Assembly: GCA_963708235.1 (NCBI GenBank)
Contig: OY970200.1
Location: forward strand, 1,713,373-1,777,372
Length of the DNA stretch: 64,000 nt
Direction of reading: 5' to 3'
Source: an uncultured Acidimicrobiia bacterium
Lineage (GTDB): Bacteria > Actinomycetota > Acidimicrobiia > Spongiisociales > UBA5794
Shown here: positions 1-8,088 of the stretch, in pieces
Layout of the letters: the number at the start of each line of letters is the position of its first letter
How positions within the stretch are numbered: the stretch's first letter is position 1
The notes under the pieces: model-generated
The model's database searches: none
What the model was told of the DNA's origin: nothing
Seen by the model: the letters and a program-made list of their open reading frames with translations, nothing else
Position numbers and translations under genes: made by a program

Positions 1-543
1 GAAGGCGTAGCGGATGCAGCGCTCGATCGCCCTGCGGCTGTTGACCGACTCCTGGACCGCCACCTCCTGCGGGGTGCCCTGGTCGCTACGGCGCCCCTGA
101 CCGACGTACAGACCCTCCGAGTTCTCCCGGACCACCACGAAGTCGACCGCATCGGCGTCGACGTTGCGCAGGGCGCCGTGGACACCGGGGTGGAGCTTGA
201 CCGGGCGGACGTTGACGTACTGGTCGAGCTCGCCGCGGAGCCGGAGCAGGATGCCGCGCTCGAGGACGCCGGGTGGCACCTCGGGGTGTCCGACCGCCCC
301 GAACAGGATGGCGTCGACGGTGCGCAGCCGGGCGAGATCGTCGTCGGTCAGGGTCTCACCGGTCCGCAGGTAGCGGGTGCCGCCGAGCTCGACTTCCTGG
401 AGATCGAAGGTGATCCCGAACCGTCGGGTGACGGCGTCGAGCACCTTGACCGCCTCGGCGACGACCTCGGGACCGGTGCCGTCACCACCGACGACGGCGA
501 CGGTGAGACGGTCCGGTGAACCGACCGCGTTGGATCCCGCCAT
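1..543 (-). CDS. leuB: 3-isopropylmalate dehydrogenase LeuB, N-terminal 180 aa only (C-terminus lies beyond the window start)
   Basis: Manual minus-strand translation from the ATG at 543-541 gives MAGSNAVGSPDRLTVAVVGGDGTGPEVV...LLRLRGELDQYVNVRP...VRENSEGLY, which are LeuB/IDH-family signatures. The start shares one nt with the leuA stop (TGATG). It is absent from the ORF track because it runs off the window edge. Confidence 0.8.
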   Translation of the reverse strand, partial: MAGSNAVGSPDRLTVAVVGGDGTGPEVVAEAVKVLDAVTRRFGITFDLQEVELGGTRYLRTGETLTDDDLARLRTVDAILFGAVGHPEVPPGVLERGILLRLRGELDQYVNVRPVKLHPGVHGALRNVDADAVDFVVVRENSEGLYVGQGRRSDQGTPQEVAVQESVNSRRAIERCIRYAF

Positions 544-2120
544 CAGGCCACCCTCCCGGCGGCGACCGCCTGCTCGATGTGCTCGCTGGCGGCCCGGTTG
601 AGCGCCGCCACGACGGCACGCGCCGAACCCTCCACCACATCGGTCGCCAACCCGGTCCCCTGATAGACCGATCCGGCGACCTGAACCGACACCTCGACCT
701 CGGCCATGGCGTCCGATCCCCCGCCGAGCGGGCGCACGTCGTATCCCAGCAGCTTGGCGTCGGTGCCGAATGCCTCCTTGACCGCCTGGAACGCCGCATC
801 GACCATGCCGTCGCCCTCGGCCTCGAATTCCAGGGTGAGGTCACGGGTCTGCACCTTGACCTTTGCCTGCGGCTGGACCCGGGTGCCGCCGGTGACCGTC
901 AGCGACACCAGACGCATCACCTCGTCGACGGAGATGTGCTCGTCGATGATCGCCCGCAGCTCCCGCTCGGTGATCTCCACCTTGCGGTCCGCCAGCTCCT
1001 TGAATCGGTCGAAGGCCCGCTGGAACGCATCGTCGGTGAGGGTGACGTCGATCTCGTCGAGGGCGTGACGGAAGGCGGCCCGACCCGAGTGTTTGCCCAG
1101 CACCACCTGGCTGCCGGCCTGACCCACGGCGGTGGGGTCCATGATCTCGTAGGTGGTGCGCTCACGCAGCACTCCGTGCTGATGAATTCCGGCTTCGTGG
1201 GCGAAGGCATTCCGTCCCACCACCGCCTTGTTGTACTGGATCGGGTAGTCGGTCAGTTCGGCGACGAGACTGGACGTCCGGTACAGCTCGGCGGTGTTCA
1301 CCCCGACGGTGACGTCGAAGGCGTCGCTGCGGACGGTCAGCGCCATCACCACCTCCTCGACGGCGGTGTTCCCGGCGCGTTCACCGATTCCGTTGATGGC
1401 GCCCTCCACCTGTCGGGCGCCGTTGCTGACGGCGGCCAGTGAGTTGGCGACCGCCAGACCGAGGTCGTTGTGGCAGTGGGCGGAGACGACGACGTCGGGC
1501 CGGTCACCCTTGACCTCGGCGACGATCCGACCGATCAGCGCCCCGAAGTCGGCCGGGGTCGCATAACCGACGGTGTCGGGGATGTTGATCGTGGTGGCGC
1601 CCGCCTCGACGGCGGCCCGGCACACCTCGACCAGGAAGTCGGGATCGGACCTGGTGGCGTCCTCCGGGGAGTACTCGACGTCGGGTGTGTAGCCCTTGGC
1701 GCGGGCGACGTTGCTCCGCACCGCCGCAATCACCTCGTCGGGCGTCATCTGCAGCTTGTGCTCCATGTGGATCGGTGACGTGGCCAGGAAGACATGGATC
1801 CGGGGACGCTCGGCATCGCGGATCGCCTCCCAGGCCCGGTCGACGTCGGGGGCGTGGGCTCGGGCGAGGGCGGCGATCACCGGACCGTGCACCTCACGGG
1901 CGATCCGCTGCACCGCCGCAAAATCCCCCGGCGAGGCGACCGGGAACCCGGCCTCGATGATGTCCACCCCCAGGCGGGCCAGCTGGGTGGCGATGGCGAC
2001 CTTCTGATCTGCGCTGAGGGCGATCCCCGGCGACTGCTCGCCGTCGCGCAGGGTGGTGTCGAAGATGCGGACCTGTTCTGCTTCATTGGGGGTTGTTTCA
2101 TTCAGGGTTGTGTCACTCAT
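543..2120 (-). CDS. leuA: 2-isopropylmalate synthase (bacterial LeuA type with C-terminal regulatory domain)
   Basis: ORF 543..2378 contains IFDTTLRDGEQSPGI...HCHNDLGLAVANSLAAV...GIGERAGN. The start was trimmed to ATG at 2120 (MSDTTLNETTPNE), which is preceded by AGGAGC. The upstream extension is a low-complexity R/G/H-rich artifact. Confidence 0.9.
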   Translation of the reverse strand: MSDTTLNETTPNEAEQVRIFDTTLRDGEQSPGIALSADQKVAIATQLARLGVDIIEAGFPVASPGDFAAVQRIAREVHGPVIAALARAHAPDVDRAWEAIRDAERPRIHVFLATSPIHMEHKLQMTPDEVIAAVRSNVARAKGYTPDVEYSPEDATRSDPDFLVEVCRAAVEAGATTINIPDTVGYATPADFGALIGRIVAEVKGDRPDVVVSAHCHNDLGLAVANSLAAVSNGARQVEGAINGIGERAGNTAVEEVVMALTVRSDAFDVTVGVNTAELYRTSSLVAELTDYPIQYNKAVVGRNAFAHEAGIHQHGVLRERTTYEIMDPTAVGQAGSQVVLGKHSGRAAFRHALDEIDVTLTDDAFQRAFDRFKELADRKVEITERELRAIIDEHISVDEVMRLVSLTVTGGTRVQPQAKVKVQTRDLTLEFEAEGDGMVDAAFQAVKEAFGTDAKLLGYDVRPLGGGSDAMAEVEVSVQVAGSVYQGTGLATDVVEGSARAVVAALNRAASEHIEQAVAAGRVA

Positions 2121-2200
2121 CGGGTGCTCCTGTTCGGAGTGGCGCCAGAGGCGCAGATGCGGCATCGGGGACGGAAGGTGTGGCGGCGAAGGAGGCCGGG

Positions 2201-3856
2201 TCAGCTGGCGAGGCTGCCCGGCCGCATAAGCGCCAGCCCACCCCCGACACCCGCCGGGGTGGTTGCCTCGCTGCGGAGGAGTCCGATGGTGACCCCGTCG
2301 GTGAGTGCCTCCCATGACGCCTCGATGATGTTCTGATGAACCCCGACCGTGGCCCAGGTGCGTTCGCCGTCCGAGCACTCGATCCGGACCCGCACCCTGG
2401 CGGCGGTGCCGTCGAGGGTGTCGAGGTCCTGGACCCGGTAGTCGGTCAGCCGGATCCGCTCGACCTCGGGGAACGAGGGCACCAGGGCGGCGCGCAGCGC
2501 CCGATCGAGGGCGTTGACCGGGCCGTCCCCACGGCGGGTGGCGGTGACGCGGTCACCGGCGACCATCAGCTCCACCGATGCCTCGGTGCTCACCACGCCA
2601 CCGGATTGGCGCACCGAGACGTTGAACCATTCCACATCGAACAGGTCGGTGGTGGCGCCGGCCACGTTGCGGACCAGCAACTCGAAGGAGCCGTCCGCCA
2701 CCTCGAACTGGTAGCCGAGATGCTCCATCGCCTTGACCCGGTCCACCACCTCTTCGGCGGTGTCGGCGTCGATCCCCCATCCGTGACGCTGGGAGATGGA
2801 GAGCACGGTTGCCCTCCCCATCAGCTCGGAGACCAACATCCGGGTGTCGTTGCCGACCACGGCCGGATCGATGTGCTCATAGGCGTGGTCCAGCCGTGCC
2901 AGACCCGAGGTGTGGAGCCCGGCCTTGTGGGCGAAGGCCGACGAGCCGACATAGGGGTGGCGGGGATTCAGCGGGACGTTCATCGCCTCGGCAACCCGGT
3001 GGGCGACACCGGTCAGCCGGTCGAGATGGGCGGCCGGGCGGATCCGGTGACCCATCTTGAGGGCGAGGTTGGGGATGACGGCGCACAGATCGGCATTCCC
3101 GGGGCGCTCGCCGTAGCCGTTGATGCACCCCTGCACCTGGCGGGCACCGGCGCGCACCGCCGCCAGGCTGTTGGCGACGGCGCAGGCGGCGTCGTCGTGG
3201 AAGTGGACCCCGAGGGCCACCCCCGGGAGCATCGCCCCCACCTCGGCGACCACCCGTTCGGCGACATCGGGCATGGTGCCGCCGTTGGTGTCACACAACA
3301 CCACCCGCTCGGCACCGGCACCGGTCGCCGCCCTCAGTACCTCGACCGAGAACTCCGGGTTGTCCCGGTACCCGTCGAAGAAATGCTCGGCATCGAAGAA
3401 CACCCGGCGTCCGTGACCGACGAGGTAACGAACCGAGTCTTCGACCATCTGCAGACCGGTGGCCAGATCGATGCGGAGCGCCTCGGTGACGTGGTGCGCC
3501 GATGCCTTCCCGACGATGCACACCACCTCGGTGCCGGCGGCGAGCAGCGCCGCCAGTTGCGGGTCGTCGGATGGTCGCACCCGGGCCCGGCAGGTGGAGC
3601 CGAACGCAACCAGCACCGCATGTTCGAGGTCGAGCTCGGTGGTGGCCCGTGCGAAGAACTCGTCGTCCTTGGGGGTCGTCCCCGGCCACCCACCCTCGAT
3701 GTAGTCGACCCCGAGCTCGTCGATGAGTCGCGCCACCACCAGCTTGTCGTCCACGGTGAGGGACATCCCGGCCGCCTGGGTGCCGTCACGCAGCGTGGTG
3801 TCGTAGATCTCGACCTCTGCGTGGGGGGAATTGTGGTGGTTCATGAGCTCCTGCAT
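2201..3856 (-). CDS. cimA: (R)-citramalate synthase CimA (LeuA-type-2 family)
   Basis: ORF 2201..3928 contains EIYDTTLRDGTQAAGMSLTVDDKL...YIEGGWPGTTPKD...HFHDDAACAVANSLAAV, matching the CimA-family GGWPG signature. The start was trimmed to ATG 3856 (MQELMNHH). Confidence 0.8.
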   Translation of the reverse strand: MQELMNHHNSPHAEVEIYDTTLRDGTQAAGMSLTVDDKLVVARLIDELGVDYIEGGWPGTTPKDDEFFARATTELDLEHAVLVAFGSTCRARVRPSDDPQLAALLAAGTEVVCIVGKASAHHVTEALRIDLATGLQMVEDSVRYLVGHGRRVFFDAEHFFDGYRDNPEFSVEVLRAATGAGAERVVLCDTNGGTMPDVAERVVAEVGAMLPGVALGVHFHDDAACAVANSLAAVRAGARQVQGCINGYGERPGNADLCAVIPNLALKMGHRIRPAAHLDRLTGVAHRVAEAMNVPLNPRHPYVGSSAFAHKAGLHTSGLARLDHAYEHIDPAVVGNDTRMLVSELMGRATVLSISQRHGWGIDADTAEEVVDRVKAMEHLGYQFEVADGSFELLVRNVAGATTDLFDVEWFNVSVRQSGGVVSTEASVELMVAGDRVTATRRGDGPVNALDRALRAALVPSFPEVERIRLTDYRVQDLDTLDGTAARVRVRIECSDGERTWATVGVHQNIIEASWEALTDGVTIGLLRSEATTPAGVGGGLALMRPGSLAS

Positions 3857-3883
3857 TTCGGTGGTGCGGGGAGATACGGGGTA

Positions 3884-3912
3884 CAAAAAAACCCCCGCCG
3901 GTGAGGGCGGAG
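3884..3912 (-). terminator. intrinsic terminator/attenuator hairpin (CCTCCGCC-loop-GGCGGGGG) followed by T7, about 28 nt upstream of the cimA start
   Basis: On the minus strand the sequence is ccuccgcccucaccggcggggguuuuuuug, a GC-rich 7-bp stem with a U7 tract. It sits inside a 5' leader with no upstream gene on that strand, which is the attenuator configuration. Confidence 0.6.
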
Positions 3913-3918
3913 GTTGGA

Positions 3919-3951
3919 AGGCGCACACGGCTATTGGCGACGTGTGCGCCT
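3919..3951 (-). promoter_or_regulatory. 11-bp perfect stem-loop (AGGCGCACACG-N11-CGTGTGCGCCT) in the cimA leader, overlapping the leader-peptide stop
   Basis: The inverted repeat is seen directly in the sequence. It lies between the putative leader peptide and the terminator hairpin. Confidence 0.55.
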
Positions 3952-3991
3952 AGGTGAGAATGAGTCCGTTGCGGAGGTGAAGTGCGGTCAT
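3950..3991 (-). CDS. putative 13-aa leader peptide MTALHLRNGLILT (5 of 13 residues are Leu/Ile) in the cimA 5' leader
   Basis: Manual translation of atgaccgcacttcacctccgcaacggactcattctcacctag on the minus strand. The stop codon abuts an 11-bp perfect inverted repeat. There is no clear SD upstream, so the peptide call is tentative. Confidence 0.4.
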   Translation of the reverse strand: MTALHLRNGLILT

Positions 3992-4144
3992 GAGAAATCG
4001 AAGTGTGACGGTTCCCGCCGGGGATGTCAAGGGGGTAATCCCAGATGCGGTGTTCCTGCCTTGCCGATGACTCACCCGGACGCGTCCGCCCTCCGGTTGG
4101 CTCGGCGTGGGCGGGCCCCCGGAGCGGCCTACCATTCCCATGTC

Positions 4145-5188
4145 ATGCCGCACATTCTTCTTGCCGAACCGAGGGGCTTCTGCGCCGGGGTCGAGATGGC
4201 CATCAAGGCGCTCACCTGGATGGTGAGGATCTTCGAGCCGCCGGTGTACTGCTATCACGAGATCGTCCACAACGCGGCGGTCGTCGAGGCCTTCGAGCGC
4301 GCCGGGGTGATCTTCGTCGATGACATCACCGAGGTGCCGTTCGGGAGCCCCGTGATGCTGTCGGCCCATGGTTCCGCACCCGAGGTGGTCGCCGGTGCCT
4401 CCGACCGGGCCGCGGTCATGGTCGATGCGGTGTGCCCGCTGGTCACCAAGGTCCATCACGAGGTCAAGCGGATGGCGGAGAAAGGCTTCGACATAATCTA
4501 CGTCGGGCACCACGGCCACGACGAGGCCATCGGCGCCGTCGCCGAGGCTCCGGATTCGGTCACCCTGGTCGACCCCCGCGACGGTCTGGGTGGTTTCGCC
4601 GCCGCCGAACCGGGCAAGGTGGCGCTGCTCGCCCAGACGACGCTGGGTCTCTACGAATGGGAGGGTGTCCTCGACGACGCCACGGCCGCCTACCCGGATC
4701 TGTGGACGGCCCGGCGCAGCGACCTGTGTTACGCCACCACCAACCGTCAGGCAGCGGTCCAGCATCTCGCCGAACGGGCCACCCTGATCCTGGTGGTCGG
4801 GTCGGAGAACTCGTCGAACACCCAGGCGCTGGTGCGGGTCGCCCGCAACGCCGGGGTCGAGGCCCATCGTGTCGACGGTGCCGAGGCGATCGATCCGGGA
4901 TGGCTCGAGGGCCACGAGGTGATCGGAGTCACCGCCGGAGCGTCCGCACCCGACCAGCGGGTCCAGGCGATCATCGATGTGGTGGTCGGTGGCGGCGAGG
5001 TGGAACGGGTGCGCGTGATCGAGGAAGACGAGTACTTCCCGCTGCCGCCGGCGATGCGTCGGCTCGCCGCAGCCCTGCAAGGGTTGGTCGAAGGGGCGTA
5101 TGCCTGTCGTACCCCGGGTCGGCCCGGTCTGATCGAAGGCGACCGGGAGTGGGGCGCCACCGAAGCCCTGGAACTTCTCGACGTCTGA
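4145..5188 (+). CDS. ispH: 4-hydroxy-3-methylbut-2-enyl diphosphate reductase IspH (LytB)
   Basis: ORF 3914..5188 contains ILLAEPRGFCAGVEMAIKAL...HGSAPEV...CPLVTKVHHEV...NSSNT. The start is assigned to ATG 4145 (MPHILL). An alternative upstream ATG at 4067 is possible. Confidence 0.85.
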   Translation: MPHILLAEPRGFCAGVEMAIKALTWMVRIFEPPVYCYHEIVHNAAVVEAFERAGVIFVDDITEVPFGSPVMLSAHGSAPEVVAGASDRAAVMVDAVCPLVTKVHHEVKRMAEKGFDIIYVGHHGHDEAIGAVAEAPDSVTLVDPRDGLGGFAAAEPGKVALLAQTTLGLYEWEGVLDDATAAYPDLWTARRSDLCYATTNRQAAVQHLAERATLILVVGSENSSNTQALVRVARNAGVEAHRVDGAEAIDPGWLEGHEVIGVTAGASAPDQRVQAIIDVVVGGGEVERVRVIEEDEYFPLPPAMRRLAAALQGLVEGAYACRTPGRPGLIEGDREWGATEALELLDV

Positions 5189-5240
5189 ACTGGCTTCCTT
5201 CCCTGGGCGGTGTCGGTGACGCTGCGGGCCTATCGGACAG

Positions 5241-5317
5241 TGACGCCGCGCCCCGCCCCGTCTGCGTCCGCAAGCGTCCGCAGCCACCCCGCCCCCCAGG
5301 GCGGGGAGGGCCAGAAA
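5241..5317. repeat. 75-bp GC-rich palindromic element (copy A) between convergent ispH and cmk, identical to a module at 61411..61485
   Basis: The string gacgccgcgccccgccccgtctgcgtccgcaagcgtccgcagccaccccgccccccagggcggggagggccagaa occurs at both loci. It contains an 8-bp GC hairpin (CCCCGCCC-CCCA-GGGCGGGG) and an imperfect direct repeat GCGTCCGCA(A)GCGTCCGCAG. Confidence 0.7.
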
Positions 5318-5375
5318 ATGGACATGCCGGACCGCAAGGCTCCTAGCGTGAGCCGACACCCACCTCAGGGGTGCC

Positions 5376-6038
5376 TCACTGAGCGGCCGAGAGGCGTTCG
5401 AGGATGGCGGCGATCACCTGGTCGGCGGTGAGGGGTCCGGTATCGATGCAATAGGCATCGTCTGCGGGTCGTAGCGGAGAATCGGCCCGGTTGGCATCGA
5501 TGGTGTCACGGCGGCGCAGGTCGGCGGCCACGTCGTCGACATGACGGTCGGCAGCTTCGGCGTCACCGGAGCGGCGGGCGGCCCGGATCTCGGGGGCGGC
5601 ATCCAGATAGATCTTGACCGGCGCATCGGGGAACACCACGGTGCCGATGTCCCGCCCCTCGACCACCGCCGATCCCCCGTGCGCCATCACCCACAACCGC
5701 TGGGCGTTCACCAGGTGGCGGCGGATGGCGGGGATGGCGGCGACCCGACTCACCGCCGCCGTCACCGCCTCGTTGCGGATCTCGAGGGCGACCGCCTCGT
5801 CATCGAGCCACACGGCACCCATCTCGTAGCCGATGCGACATCCGGTGGCGGCGGCGATCACCTCGTCGTCGAGGTCGGGGTCGTCGAGATCGGCGTCGCT
5901 ACGCAACACCGCCAGCGTGGCTGCCCGGTACCAGGCTCCGGTGTCGAGATGGGGCAGCGCCAGCCGACCCGCCACCCCCCGGCTCACCGTGCTCTTGCCG
6001 ACCCCGCTCGGTCCGTCCACTGCGATGACCCCGATCAT
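5376..6038 (-). CDS. cmk: cytidylate kinase
   Basis: This is the C-terminal part of ORF 5376..7511: MIGVIAVDGPSGVGKSTVSRGVAGRLALPHLDTGAWYRA (P-loop, Cmk family). Its ATG overlaps the aroA TGA stop (ATGA) at 6035-6038. Confidence 0.85.
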   Translation of the reverse strand: MIGVIAVDGPSGVGKSTVSRGVAGRLALPHLDTGAWYRAATLAVLRSDADLDDPDLDDEVIAAATGCRIGYEMGAVWLDDEAVALEIRNEAVTAAVSRVAAIPAIRRHLVNAQRLWVMAHGGSAVVEGRDIGTVVFPDAPVKIYLDAAPEIRAARRSGDAEAADRHVDDVAADLRRRDTIDANRADSPLRPADDAYCIDTGPLTADQVIAAILERLSAAQ

Positions 6039-7331
6039 GTCGCCGACCACAGCGCATCGATCTGATCGAAGAACCCGGGCCATGACACACCGACGACCTC
6101 GGGATCGTCGATGGTCACCGCACCTGAGACCCCGGCGGCGGCAACGGTGGCCGCCATGGCGATGCGATGATCGCCGTGGGTGGCCACCACCCCGGGGTCG
6201 AGAAACCCGGTCCCCACCACCGCAAATCCGTTCGGGGGTCGCTTCCGCTCCACCACCGAGGGAACGGATCATCTCCACGGTCGAAGCGATGCGGTCGCTC
6301 TCCTTGGCTCGGAGTTCGGCGGCGTCGGTGACGGTGGTGATCCCCTCGGCGAGCGCACCGACCACGGCGACCAGCGGGAGTTCGTCGAGGGCGCTGACCG
6401 CCAGATCCCCGCCGACCTCGGTGGCGCTCAACGCGCCACCACGCACGGTGACGGTCCCCACCGGGTCGCCGAGCAACATCCCGGTGACCTCGGCACGGAT
6501 CTCGGCGCCGAACCGTTCGAGAATCTCCAGAAAGCCGATCCTCCCCGGGTTCAATGAAACACCGGGCGTGGTGATCTCGGCTCCGGGTCGGACCGCCGCC
6601 AACGCCCACAGGTAGGCCGCCGACGACGGGTCGCCGGGTACGAGGTAACGGTGGGTGGGGATCGCTCCGGGCCAGATGCGGAACGCCGTCGCCGACACCC
6701 GCTCCCCCAACCCCCAGGTCTCGAACCATCGCTCGGTGTGATCTCGGTATCCGGGGGGACTGTCGACGAGCGATTCCCCCTCGGCCTGGATTGCCGCCAG
6801 CTCGAACGCCGAACGCACCTGGGCAGAGGCGACGGGGACCACGACGGCGGCGCCGGTGAGCGGATTGGGCGCTCCGACCGAGACCGGAGCGGTGCCGTCC
6901 GGGCGGCTGACCTGAACGCTGGCGCCGAGTGCGCTCAACGGGTCGACCAGGCGACGCATCGGACGGCGACGCAGCGAGGCGTCCCCGGTGAGCACGGTGG
7001 TGAAGGGGCGGGCCGCAAGTGCCCCGGCGAGCAGCCGCAGCGTGGTCCCCGAGTTGCCGCAGTCGATGGTGTCCCCACCGGAACCGGGAACCGGGGGGTG
7101 CCAGGCGGCCACACCGGGTGAGTGCACGGTGCCGTCCGCCTCGATGGTCACACCGAGCCGGCGCAGCGCATCGACCGTGGATGAGATATCGGCGCCGGGG
7201 CCGGCGCCGAGCACCTGGGATGTCCCGGTGGCCATACCCGAGAACAGATAGGCGCGGTGGGACAGCGACTTGTCGCCGGGGGGCGAGCAGACGGCGGTGA
7301 ACGGTGTGGACGGAAGCGAGACAGTGCGCAT
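6035..7331 (-). pseudogene. aroA: 3-phosphoshikimate 1-carboxyvinyltransferase (EPSP synthase) AroA, with an apparent +1 frameshift in a G5 run at 6234-6238
   Basis: The N-terminal 365 aa lie in the frame of ORF 5376..7511 (GDKSLSHRAYLF...KESDRIASTVEMIRSLGGGAEATP). The C-terminus lies in ORF 6035..6256 (NGFAVVGTG...THGDHRIAMA...WPGFFDQ). Removing one G/C from the run restores a contiguous protein of about 431 aa. Start ATG 7331 (MRTVSLP). Confidence 0.8.
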
Positions 7332-7341
7332 CGGTGCGTTC

Positions 7342-8088
7342 CTACGGGGTGTCGGCGGGGGCGGCATCTTGCCACGACCCCGCAGCGGCGTACAGACGGC
7401 GCACCTCATCGAGGCTGAGCAGTCGACTGTCGCCGGGTCGGAGGGTGACATCACGCAGTGGGCCGATGGCGGTGCGGGTGAGCGTGACCACGGGGTGGCC
7501 GATGGCGTCACACATCCGTCGCACCACCCGGTTGCGGCCCTCCTCCATCACCACCTCCGCAAGGGTGCGTCCCGGACGGCGGTCGAGGATCCGCGCCGAC
7601 ACCGCCACGGCAGGACCGTCCTCGAGGTCGACTCCGGACTCCAGGCGACGGATCGTTGCGTCCTTCATGTTGCCCTCCACCAGGACGATGTAGGTCTTGG
7701 TGACGCCGAAGCTCGGATGGGTGAGCCGGTGGGTGAGATCCCCGTCGTTGGTCAGGATGAGCAGACCTTCGCTGTCGGCATCGAGACGACCCACGGGATA
7801 GATTCGCACCTCGGCATCGATGAGATCTACGACGGTGTGGGTGGCGTGGGGGTCATCGGTGGTCGAGATCACCCCCACCGGTTTGTACAGCAGGTGGTAG
7901 ACGAGGTCGGGGCGCACCGGGAGCGGGATCCCGTCGATCTCGACCTGGGCGGTCTCGGTCTCGATCCGCTCCCCGATCTGGGCCTTCCGTCCATCGACGG
8001 TGACCCGACCGGCGGCGATCAGCACCTCGGAATGTCGGCGCGAGGCGTACCCCGAGTGGGCGATCACCTTGTGGATGCGTTCGATCAC
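7342..8088 (-). CDS. rluB: 23S rRNA pseudouridine synthase RluB (RsuA family)
   Basis: This is the C-terminal 248 aa of ORF 7342..8811: ERIHKVIAHSGYASRRHSEVLIAAGRVTVDG...RLDADSEGLLILTNDGDL (S4 domain plus PSU catalytic Asp motif). A GTG start at 8088 overlaps the scpB TGA stop (GTGA). Confidence 0.8.
   Translation of the reverse strand: MIERIHKVIAHSGYASRRHSEVLIAAGRVTVDGRKAQIGERIETETAQVEIDGIPLPVRPDLVYHLLYKPVGVISTTDDPHATHTVVDLIDAEVRIYPVGRLDADSEGLLILTNDGDLTHRLTHPSFGVTKTYIVLVEGNMKDATIRRLESGVDLEDGPAVAVSARILDRRPGRTLAEVVMEEGRNRVVRRMCDAIGHPVVTLTRTAIGPLRDVTLRPGDSRLLSLDEVRRLYAAAGSWQDAAPADTP

Noticed and set aside
4432-5346. 304-aa Arg/Gly-rich plus-strand ORF
   Set aside because: It overlaps ispH in another frame and runs into the palindromic intergenic element. 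It is a composition artifact.
5376-7511. Single 711-aa ORF that looks like an AroA-Cmk fusion protein
   Set aside because: The middle of the translation (RICGGGDRVSRPRGGGHPRRSSHRH...) is low-complexity wrong-frame text. The true AroA C-terminus is in another frame (6035..6256), and cmk begins at an ATG overlapping that frame's stop. It is two genes joined by a frameshift, not a fusion.
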